From Gammaproteobacteria bacterium (GTDB lineage Bacteria > Pseudomonadota > Gammaproteobacteria > JADZEE01), in assembly GCA_020850735.1 (NCBI GenBank), contig JADZEE010000052.1:21411-85410 (forward strand): 64,000 bases of DNA, in the 5' to 3' direction. A program made the translations under genes and the position numbers. Positions 19,366-27,367 of this stretch are shown here, piece by piece. The notes beneath the pieces were generated by a model. It did no database searches, was not told where the DNA came from, and was given only the letters and a program-made list of their open reading frames with translations. Position 1 is the first letter of the stretch; the number at the start of each line of letters is the position of its first letter.

Positions 19366-20616
19366 TTGCCCCGCACCACGCTACCCGCGCGCGGGCGGGT
19401 GTGGAAAAACCTGGAGCAGCAGCTGCTCGCCATGCGCGCGCAGGACCTGCCCTGGCACCAGGGGCTGTTCTTCTTCTACTGGCGCCGTCCGGGACAGGCG
19501 GCACAACTCGCCGCGCGCGAAGCGGCGAGCCTGTTCTACAACCAGCTCTACATCGGCGAGGCGAAGCAGCCGAGCGGCAAACAACTCGGCGACGACATCG
19601 CCGACATGACCCTGGACCTGCTGCATGCACCGCCCGGCGCGAGTTGTGCGCTCACTCAGGGTGGCACCGAGAGCATTTTCACCGGCGTGCTGGTGGCGCG
19701 CGAGCGGGCCCGGGCGCGCGGGCTCGCGGACACGCCGAACCTGGTCATCCCCAACACGGCGCATCCGGCTTTCGACAAAGCCGCCCATTTCCTCGGCCTG
19801 CAGGTCCGGCGCGTCCCCGAGGGCCCGGATCGGCGCGCCGACGTGCGCGCGCTGGCGCAGGCCATGGACGCGCACACCTTGCTCACGGCCGTGTCCGCCC
19901 CCTGTTATCCCTACGGTCTCATGGATCCGGTGGCGGAAGCCGGAGAGCTGGCGCGCGCGAAGAACGTGTGGCTGCACGTGGACGCCTGCTGCAGCTTCTT
20001 GTTGCCCTTCCTGCGGGAGGCCGGTGCCGACATTCCCGCGTACGACTTCAGCGTGCCGGGCGTCGATTCGATCTCGGTGGACCTGCACAAGTTCGCGTTC
20101 GCGCCGCCCGGGATCTCGAGCTTCTCGCTGCGCGACGGGGCCAACCACCGCTACCACACCTTTCATCACGACGCCTGGTCGGCCGGCACCTACGAGACCG
20201 ATACCTTCGCCGGCTCGCGTACCACCGACGTGTTCGCCGCGACCTGGACGGTCATGCACACCCTGGGACGCAGCGGCTACGTCGACGTCGCCCGCCAGAT
20301 CCGCGCCACGGTCACGGCTCTGGAGCAGGTGCTCGCCGGCATTCCCGACCTCGAGATCGCCGTAGCGCCGGAGACGATGTTCTTCCTCGTCAGCTCGACC
20401 ACGCTGGACGTCGCCGCCGTCGCCGAGGGCATGACCGAGCGCGGCTACGTGACAGTCTGGTACGAGCTCGGTGGACGGCCGACCATCCACCTCATCCTCG
20501 ATCCCATCGACGAGCCGGACGATTTCGCCGCCTGGGCCGGGGCGCTTGCCGAGGTCTGCGCAGAGGTGCGGGCGGGCCGGCGCCTGCGCAGCGGCGCCGA
20601 GGCGCGCTACGCGTGA
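19366..20616 (+). CDS. PLP-dependent group II decarboxylase / sphingosine-1-phosphate-lyase-like enzyme (paralog 2)
   Basis: SISVDLHKFAF (PLP lysine), TQGGTESIF and WLHVDACCS. The N-terminus aligns with paralog 1 (TLPARGRVWKNLEQQLL vs SLPADGVTWDVLETEM), which supports the TTG start at 19366, 5 nt after the receptor stop. Confidence 0.8.
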   Translation: MPRTTLPARGRVWKNLEQQLLAMRAQDLPWHQGLFFFYWRRPGQAAQLAAREAASLFYNQLYIGEAKQPSGKQLGDDIADMTLDLLHAPPGASCALTQGGTESIFTGVLVARERARARGLADTPNLVIPNTAHPAFDKAAHFLGLQVRRVPEGPDRRADVRALAQAMDAHTLLTAVSAPCYPYGLMDPVAEAGELARAKNVWLHVDACCSFLLPFLREAGADIPAYDFSVPGVDSISVDLHKFAFAPPGISSFSLRDGANHRYHTFHHDAWSAGTYETDTFAGSRTTDVFAATWTVMHTLGRSGYVDVARQIRATVTALEQVLAGIPDLEIAVAPETMFFLVSSTTLDVAAVAEGMTERGYVTVWYELGGRPTIHLILDPIDEPDDFAAWAGALAEVCAEVRAGRRLRSGAEARYA

Positions 20617-21407
20617 ACGCGCCGCTGCTCGCCGGACGGATCGCTCTGGTCACCGGCGCCGGGCGCGGCATCGGCCGCGGCATCGCCGAAGCCTTCGCCG
20701 CCGCCGGTGCCACGGTGATGCTCGCCGCGCGCACGCAAACCGATCTGCGCGATTGCGCGCAGGCCATCGAACACGCGGGAGGGCGCGCGGCCTGGCAGTG
20801 CGCCGACGTCGGTGACGCCGCGGCCTGCACGGCACTGGTCGAGCACACCGTGGCGACCCTCGGCGCCCTCGACATCCTCGTGCACAACGCCGGTATCTTC
20901 CCCATGAGCCCGATCGAGGCGATGAGCGATGCCGACTGGAACCGGGTGCTGGACGTGAATCTGGGCAGCGCCTTCCGCCTGACACGCGCGAGCATTCCGC
21001 ACCTGCGCGCGCGCGGGGGCGGCCGGCTGCTGTTCACCTCCTCGGTCACCGGCAACCGCGTCGCTGCGCCGGGCTGTGCCCATTACGCCGCCTCCAAGGC
21101 CGGCATGAACGGCTTCATCCGCAGCGCCGCGCTCGAACTCGCCGCCGATCGCATCACCGTCAACGGCGTCGAGCCGGGCCTGGTGCTCACGCCCGGCGCC
21201 GCTGCGGTCACCGACGACGCGATCCGCGCCGCGATGGCCGGTTTCGTGCCGCTGAAACGCTGGGGAGAGCCGGCGGACATCGCCGGTGCCATGCTCTATC
21301 TCGCCAGCGACGCCGCCGCCTACGTCACCGGTCAGACCATCGTCGTCGACGGCGGCGCCCTGCTGCCCGAGAACGGCGCGATGATGCTGGACGACTCGCA
21401 CGGCTGA
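20613..21407 (+). CDS. short-chain dehydrogenase/reductase (FabG-like SDR)
   Basis: The GTG start overlaps the upstream stop (GTGA at 20613-20616). TGAGRGIGRGIA (NAD(P) binding), NAG, and YAASKAG (catalytic YxxxK). Confidence 0.9.
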   Translation: MNAPLLAGRIALVTGAGRGIGRGIAEAFAAAGATVMLAARTQTDLRDCAQAIEHAGGRAAWQCADVGDAAACTALVEHTVATLGALDILVHNAGIFPMSPIEAMSDADWNRVLDVNLGSAFRLTRASIPHLRARGGGRLLFTSSVTGNRVAAPGCAHYAASKAGMNGFIRSAALELAADRITVNGVEPGLVLTPGAAAVTDDAIRAAMAGFVPLKRWGEPADIAGAMLYLASDAAAYVTGQTIVVDGGALLPENGAMMLDDSHG

Positions 21408-21477
21408 ACCCAGGCCGGCACCCGCGGCCCCCGGGTCGCATGCCACGTTGCCGGCGTGAGCACCGGTGCAACCGCAG

Positions 21478-21607
21478 CTGCGGCTGTACGTGCGGCGTAG
21501 GTGCGGCCGTAGGTGCGGCTGTAGGTGCGGCTTCAGCCGCACGCTCCCCCCCCCCGCCCAACAAACCACCATCCGGCCGGCTGAAGCCGGCCCTACGACC
21601 ACCCGGG
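21478..21607 (+). repeat. composite REP element A: 11-12-nt tandem units plus two hairpins
   Basis: About 4 units of (GTAGGTGCGGCN), then hairpin GTGCGGC-TTCA-GCCGCAC, a C-rich spacer, then hairpin GGCCGGC-TGAA-GCCGGCC followed by CTACGACC. Confidence 0.85.
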
Positions 21608-21695
21608 ACCGTGCGCTGTTCCCGGCCGCCGCGAGGCCGCCGGCACCGCCGCCGGGTCGCGATCCCGGGTCCCGGGTGACGGCCGCAGGTCGTGC

Positions 21696-21783
21696 TTGTT
21701 TGCCGGCAACCCGGTCAGTATACTCTTCAGTATATTAGCGTTCTGTTCAGTACCTACGCAGGAATCCTGAGTACGGACTCAGG
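21696..21783 (+). promoter_or_regulatory. candidate sigma-70 promoter (TTGTTT-N17-TATACT) with TCAGTATA(C/T)T direct repeats and a 5'-UTR hairpin
   Basis: TTGTTT at 21696-21701 and TATACT at 21719-21724. The palindrome AGTATACT (21717-21724) is repeated as CAGTATATT 12 nt downstream. Hairpin CCTGAGT-ACGG-ACTCAGG lies just before the receptor start. Confidence 0.35.
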
Positions 21784-21811
21784 GACCTGCACAGCACCGG
21801 GAGGGGTTGCG

Positions 21812-24187
21812 ATGCGTCTCCACGACTCACACTTTGGTTCTTTCGCCGCTCACGCAACCGTTGTGTTCGGTGCCGCACTGGCCTTGTGGTGCGGGCCGCC
21901 GCCGGCGGCGGCGCAGGGCACGGCGACGGCGTCCGCCCTGGAAGAGATCGTGGTCACGGCGCGCAAGAAGGCGGAGAGCCTGCAGCGCACCCCGATCACC
22001 ATGACGGCGATCACGGCCGAAGACATCCAGGCGCGCAACTTCGCGTCCATCACCGACATCGGATCGTTCACACCGAACGTGAGCCTGTCCGCCGGTTCGA
22101 CGGATGTCGGCGGGGCGGCCAACGCCGTGTTCTTCATCCGCGGCATCGGCCAGCTCGACTACGCGCCGACCAGTGATCCGGGCCTGGGGGTGTATATCGA
22201 CGGCGTCTATCTCGGGCGGTCGCAGGGTGCGGTGATGGAGCTGGCCGACATCCAGCAGATCGAGGTGCTGAAGGGACCGCAAGGCACGCTGTTCGGCAAG
22301 AACACCATGGGCGGCGCGATCAACATCACGACCCGCGATCCGGGCGATGAATTCGGGGGCTCCGCCGCCATCACCGCGGGCGAGGACGAGCGCATCAACT
22401 TCGACGGCCAGCTCGACGTGCCGTTCAGCGATACCGCCGGCGGTCATTTCGCCGTCTCCTACCACAGCCAGGATGGTTTCCAGGAGCGGCCGTTCGCCGG
22501 TGACGACTCCGGCGAGGAAGGCACCCTCGTATCGCGCGCCAAGCTGGTCTGGACGCCGAACGAGAAAACCAGAATCGTCGCGTCGGGGGACTACACGCGG
22601 ATCAATGCGGATGCCAACACCGTCTGGATCACCGAGAACCAGAATACACTCGCCGGGCCACCGAACCTGGTCGCCATCTGGAACGGGCTGGTGGGCTTTC
22701 CGGCCGGCACCCCGTACACGTCGGCCATCACCTCGACGGATCCGCGTGTGAACAACAGCGACGCGCCGATGAAACTCGAGTTCGAGGGCGGCGGCGCGTC
22801 GCTGAAGCTCGAGTGGGATCTCGACGCCTTCCTGCTGCGGTCGATCTCCGCTTACCGCACGCTGGATTCGCGCAATCAGCGTGACATGGACGGCAGTCCG
22901 GCCAATTTCGGCCACGTCGATTACCGCGACGAACAATGGCAGTTCAGCCAGGAATTCAACCTGATCGGCACGGCGTTCGCCGACCGGCTGGACTGGACGG
23001 TGGGTGCCTACTATTTCAAGGAAGACGCGCAGAGCAACTGGATCGTGGGCCTCGCGGACGGCCTGTACCCAGCCCTCGAGGCGCTGCCGGGACCGTTTTT
23101 CCCGCTGGCCCCGGGTGTCGCCTGCCCGCCGCCGCCGGGCGTGCCGCTGCCCTGCGCCGGCGGTGCGGGCAATCCCTTCAACCTGGCGCTGGAGCTGGTG
23201 GATCTGTACACCCCCGAGCTGCAGACCGATTCCTACGCGGTGTTCGGGGAATTCGAATGGCATTTCACGGACCGGCTGTCGGCCATCACGGGCGTACGCT
23301 ACTCGCACGACGAAAAGGATTTCCGCTTTTCGAACCGCGGTGTCCTGTCCGGCGTAGTGGATCCCGGGTTCCCGGTCGAGGCCAGCGATTCCTGGAGCGA
23401 CGTCTCACCTCGCTTCGGTCTCAAGTTCCAGGCGACCGACGATGTCCTGCTGTACGCCACGGTGTCGAAAGGCTACAAGGCCGGCAGCTACACCGCCCGC
23501 CCGCAGGATGCCGCCTCGGCGGTGCTGTCCTTTGACCCGGAGGAGCTCTGGGCCTATGAAGGCGGCTTCAAGAGCGACCTGCTCGAACGCCGGCTGCGCC
23601 TAAACGGGGCGGTGTTCTACTACGACTACACGGATCTGCAGCAGACCACCAATCAGGTGCCCCCCGGTGGCGCCGGGCCCGTGCAGTACACCGACAACAT
23701 CGGCGCGGCGACGATCTGGGGCATCGAGGCGGATCTGACCTTCCTCGCCACGGAGCGGCTGACGCTGTACGGCAGCGTCGGTTACCTGGACGCGCAGTAC
23801 GACGAGGCGTCCGCGATCCTGACGGGCGTCGGGCTCGATACACCCCTGGTCAAGGCACCCGAATGGAGCGCCACGGCATCAGCCCAGTATTTCCAGCCGC
23901 TCAGCTTCGGCGAGCTGTTGTACCGGGTCGACTATTCCTACGTGGACGAGAACTTCCCGGATGCCCGCGCGACACCGCAGCTGCGCCAGAAGGCGCACAG
24001 CCTGGTGAACACACGGGTTGCCTGGACCTCGGTGGACGACAGCTGGACCGTCGCGTTCTACGGCAAGAACGTTTTCGACGAGAAGTATGTCGCCAACGGT
24101 TTCGACGTCTCCGCCTTCGTCGGCTACTTCCTCGGCGTCCCCAGCGATCCGCGCGAGCTCGGCGTGCAGATCCTCAGGCGTTTCTGA
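21812..24187 (+). CDS. TonB-dependent receptor
   Basis: Start at ATG 21812. Plug start (ALEEIVVTARKKAESLQRTPITMTAI), LKGPQGTLFGKNTMGG, and a C-terminal barrel ending QILRRF. Confidence 0.9.
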   Translation: MRLHDSHFGSFAAHATVVFGAALALWCGPPPAAAQGTATASALEEIVVTARKKAESLQRTPITMTAITAEDIQARNFASITDIGSFTPNVSLSAGSTDVGGAANAVFFIRGIGQLDYAPTSDPGLGVYIDGVYLGRSQGAVMELADIQQIEVLKGPQGTLFGKNTMGGAINITTRDPGDEFGGSAAITAGEDERINFDGQLDVPFSDTAGGHFAVSYHSQDGFQERPFAGDDSGEEGTLVSRAKLVWTPNEKTRIVASGDYTRINADANTVWITENQNTLAGPPNLVAIWNGLVGFPAGTPYTSAITSTDPRVNNSDAPMKLEFEGGGASLKLEWDLDAFLLRSISAYRTLDSRNQRDMDGSPANFGHVDYRDEQWQFSQEFNLIGTAFADRLDWTVGAYYFKEDAQSNWIVGLADGLYPALEALPGPFFPLAPGVACPPPPGVPLPCAGGAGNPFNLALELVDLYTPELQTDSYAVFGEFEWHFTDRLSAITGVRYSHDEKDFRFSNRGVLSGVVDPGFPVEASDSWSDVSPRFGLKFQATDDVLLYATVSKGYKAGSYTARPQDAASAVLSFDPEELWAYEGGFKSDLLERRLRLNGAVFYYDYTDLQQTTNQVPPGGAGPVQYTDNIGAATIWGIEADLTFLATERLTLYGSVGYLDAQYDEASAILTGVGLDTPLVKAPEWSATASAQYFQPLSFGELLYRVDYSYVDENFPDARATPQLRQKAHSLVNTRVAWTSVDDSWTVAFYGKNVFDEKYVANGFDVSAFVGYFLGVPSDPRELGVQILRRF

Positions 24188-24268
24188 TCCGGCGGGTCGG
24201 ACGCACGGCACGCGGGATCGGCGAGGTCGGGTTCACCAGCGCGCAAAGATTCAGCGTCGCGTCCAGCC

Positions 24269-24442
24269 GTAGGCGCGGCGTAGGTGCGCCGTTGGTGCGC
24301 CGTTGGTGCGGCGTAGGTGCGGCGTAGGTGCGGCTGTAGGTGCGGCTGTAGGTGCGGCTGTAGGTGCGGCTTCAGCCGCACACCCCCCCCGCTCAACAAA
24401 GCACCCTCAGGCCGGCTGAAGCCGGCCCTACAACCACCCGGG
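24269..24442 (+). repeat. composite REP element B: about 9 tandem 11-12-nt units plus two hairpins
   Basis: Same architecture and orientation as element A, with more GT(A/T)GGTGCG(G/C)C units. Hairpins lie at 24364-24381 and 24410-24427. Confidence 0.85.
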
Positions 24443-24491
24443 CGTTGTTCGGCGGATCCGTAGCTGCGGCACAGCCCCCCACCACGGCCTG

Positions 24492-26186
24492 CTACGACGT
24501 CGTGCGGGTGCCGAGCGCGGCGGCGATGCCGTCGGCGACGCGGAAGGCATTGGCGTAGATGGTCCAGGTGTGCGGCACGCTGCCGCCGGTGGGCATGAAG
24601 CTGCCGTCACTGACGTAGAGATTGTCGGCGCCGTGCACGCGGCAATCCGGATCGAGCACCGAGCTCGCCGGATCGGTGCCGAAGCGGCAGCCACCTGCGA
24701 CCAGGTTGGGCGGCGGGCCTCGGTTCACCCGCGAGCGCACGTTGACGCCGCCGAGCGCGCGCAGCACCTCCTCCCCTTTCTCCGCCAGAAAACGGGCGAT
24801 GCGCAGGTTGTGCGGGTGCTGGCCGACGCGCAGGCGCACGACCGGCGTGCCCCACTGGTCGCGCACGTCCGGATCCAGGCTCACGTGGCAGTCCGCGTGC
24901 GGCAACCAGTCGGCGAACACCTCGAAGTTCAGGTGCTGGGCCGCACGGAACTGCTGCTCGAGCCGGCGCTTGAGCGGCAGGCCCCACACGAGCCGCTCGC
25001 CGTCCCACTTGAGCGCGTTGGCCGTCGGTACGGGGTTGGGGTGATCGAGGACGAAGTCGATCGTGCCACCCTTGCGCCGGCCGCCGAGGTAGGCGGCCTC
25101 GAACACGTACCACGCCTGCAGCGCGCGGTTGACGAACGGCCCGCGCCGGCGTAACGCCTGCGCCTCGGCAGCCGGCAGATCCGCGTAGGGCAGATCGCAG
25201 GCGCCGATCGCACCGGCGGAAAAGATCAGGTTGCGGCCGACTTGGCCGCCGGCGTTGCCGAGCCCCTGCGGGTGCCGGGGACCGGTCGACAGGAGCAGCA
25301 GGCGTGCCGTCTCGATCGCCTGACAGGCGACGACGAACACACGCGCATCGACTCGGCGCGTCGCGCCCGCGGCGTCGAAGTACTCGGCCGCCGTCACCCG
25401 ACCGCGCGCATCACTCACCAGGCGCGCGACCTTGGAGCGCGGCCGCACTTCGCAACGCCCGCTCGCCACCGCCCGGTCCAGCAACGCCGCACGGCTGCTG
25501 CCCTTGGCGCCGCTCGAGCAGCCGTAGCCGCCGCAGTAACCCGAGTACTCACAACTGCGCCGACCCATCGCGTCGCGCGACAGGATCGCCCGCGCCACCG
25601 GGATCGACTGCACGCCGAGCCGGGCGCAAGCCGCATCGATGCGGGCGCTGACCGGATGCTCCGCGGTCGGGGGATAGGGAAAATCTGCCGTTGAGCGCGG
25701 CTCCAGATGGGCGTGCGGCACGATCCGGCCGGAGACGCCGACTTCGTGTTCGACGCGGGTGTAGTAGGGTTCCAGCGCCGCGTAGTCGATCGGCCAGTCG
25801 GCGATGTGCGCGCCTTCGATCGGGCCGAATTCGCTCAACAGGCGGAAGTCGACGGGTTTGAGGCGATGAAAAAACCCGCTCATGAAATTGGTCGAGCCGC
25901 CGACGCAGTTGCCGTTCCAGAAATCACGACCGGACTGCGCGTTGGATTGCGCTTGCCAGGGACCGTCCGCCTCGCGATCCTCGATGACCTGCGGCTCCTC
26001 GAAGAGCTTGGATCGATACGCCGGGCGCAGGCAGCAGGCCAGTTCGTCCTTGAAGAAGTCCGCCTCGGTGAACCAGGGGCCCTTCTCGAGCACGACGACC
26101 GAATGGCCGGCTGCGGCGAGCGTGGCGGCGATCGGACCACCGCCCGCGCCGCTGCCGATCACGCAGACGTCGAAATCCGTGTTCAC
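24492..26186 (-). CDS. GMC-family FAD-dependent oxidoreductase (large subunit of a gluconate-2-dehydrogenase-like enzyme)
   Basis: FAD fingerprint DVCVIGSGAGGGPIAATLAAAGHSVVVLEKG. The GTG start at 26186 overlaps the upstream stop (GTGA); the ORF-track start at 26246 would overlap by 64 nt. Confidence 0.9.
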   Translation of the reverse strand: MNTDFDVCVIGSGAGGGPIAATLAAAGHSVVVLEKGPWFTEADFFKDELACCLRPAYRSKLFEEPQVIEDREADGPWQAQSNAQSGRDFWNGNCVGGSTNFMSGFFHRLKPVDFRLLSEFGPIEGAHIADWPIDYAALEPYYTRVEHEVGVSGRIVPHAHLEPRSTADFPYPPTAEHPVSARIDAACARLGVQSIPVARAILSRDAMGRRSCEYSGYCGGYGCSSGAKGSSRAALLDRAVASGRCEVRPRSKVARLVSDARGRVTAAEYFDAAGATRRVDARVFVVACQAIETARLLLLSTGPRHPQGLGNAGGQVGRNLIFSAGAIGACDLPYADLPAAEAQALRRRGPFVNRALQAWYVFEAAYLGGRRKGGTIDFVLDHPNPVPTANALKWDGERLVWGLPLKRRLEQQFRAAQHLNFEVFADWLPHADCHVSLDPDVRDQWGTPVVRLRVGQHPHNLRIARFLAEKGEEVLRALGGVNVRSRVNRGPPPNLVAGGCRFGTDPASSVLDPDCRVHGADNLYVSDGSFMPTGGSVPHTWTIYANAFRVADGIAAALGTRTTS

Positions 26187-26755
26187 AGCTCGAAGTGCCG
26201 CTTGCCGGACGGCGGACGGGGAAAGCCCGGCTGGTGCGCAAGCCACTGCCAGCCGACGCCGTCCGGGTTGCCGCCGTAGGCGGGATCGGTGAGCAGGGCC
26301 TCGAACAGGTAATACAGCACCAGCGCGATCCAGTCGCGTCCCGCCGGGCCGCTTTCCACCGCCCGCAGCACGGTTTCACGCGCTTCGGCATCGAGCTCGG
26401 CGAAACCCGCGCCGAAGGTCCTGGCCGTATACTCCGCGAGCGAGCCGACGCCGTTGACCAGAAATCGCTTCTCGCTGTCCTCGACCAGGGGATCGAGCAG
26501 CACGGCCTGCAGGTAAGCGAGCGCGTTGACCTGCGCGGCCCCCGGCGCGTCGGTTTCGCCGGGCAACAGGTGCTCCTGCACGGCTGCGAGGGTCTCGAGG
26601 CTCTTGCCGGCCAGCGGCGTCCGCGGCTCGCCGCCCGGCGCGCCGCGACCGGCGCCGGCCAGGATCGCGGCCATCGCGGTCAGAAACTGCCGCCGGCCGA
26701 TGCCGCCGCCGCGCCGCTGCGCGATCAGCCCGGATACGGGATCGGAGCTCGTCAT
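26183..26755 (-). CDS. gluconate 2-dehydrogenase subunit 3-family small subunit with Tat signal
   Basis: Twin-arginine signal GIGRRQFLTAMAAILAGAG. About 190 aa and translationally coupled to the GMC flavoprotein. Confidence 0.85.
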   Translation of the reverse strand: MTSSDPVSGLIAQRRGGGIGRRQFLTAMAAILAGAGRGAPGGEPRTPLAGKSLETLAAVQEHLLPGETDAPGAAQVNALAYLQAVLLDPLVEDSEKRFLVNGVGSLAEYTARTFGAGFAELDAEARETVLRAVESGPAGRDWIALVLYYLFEALLTDPAYGGNPDGVGWQWLAHQPGFPRPPSGKRHFEL

Positions 26756-26844
26756 GCCGATACGGTAATCGACGCGGGCTCGGATTGCACCGCGCCCGCC
26801 GGATCGCAGCGGCCGTGCGCCGGCAGGCGCGACATCGCTACGCC

Positions 26845-27321
26845 CAGGTGCGGCGTAGGCACGGCGTAGGTGCGCCGTAGGTGCGCCGTAGGTGCGGCTT
26901 CAGCCGCACGAAACCGTTCATCGACACCGGCGGCGCGCAAGGGTTCCGCGTCGCGGCCGGCTGAAGCCGGCCCTACAGGCCGCATGAAACCGTTCATCGA
27001 CACCGGCGGCGCGCAAGGTTCCGCGTCGCGGCCGGCTGAAGCCGGCCCTACAGGCCGCACGCAGCCGTACCTCGATACCGGCGTGCAGAGGTTCCGCGTC
27101 GCGGCCGGCTGAAGCCGGCCCTACAGGCCGCATGAAACCGTTCATCGACACCGGCGCACATGGGTTCGCGTCGCGGCCGGCTGAAGCCGGCCCTACAGGC
27201 CGCACGAAACCGTTCATCGACACCGGCGCACATGGGTTTCGCGTCGCGGCCGGCTGAAGCCGGCCCTACAGGCCGCACGCAGCCGTACCTCGACACCGGC
27301 TGAAGCCGGCCCTACGACCGG
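26845..27321 (+). repeat. composite REP element C: about 5 tandem 11-12-nt units, a hairpin, then a 72-75-bp tandem array carrying six GGCCGGCTGAAGCCGGCC hairpins
   Basis: Hairpins at 26955, 27030, 27103, 27175 and 27248, plus a partial copy at 27296. The inter-hairpin segments fall into two sequence types arranged a-a-b-a-a-b. Confidence 0.9.
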
Positions 27322-27367
27322 TCCCGAAGCCGATCCGCGCCGATCGGGACGAGCGCCCGGCGGGTGC

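Noticed and set aside
26845-27321. Possible CRISPR array (regular 72-75-bp periodicity, palindromic about 40-bp repeat core).
   Set aside because: The spacer-like segments are not unique; there are only two sequence types, arranged a-a-b-a-a-b. The same hairpin occurs singly at 21575 and 24410. No cas genes or leader are present. I interpret it as a REP/BIME-like tandem array.
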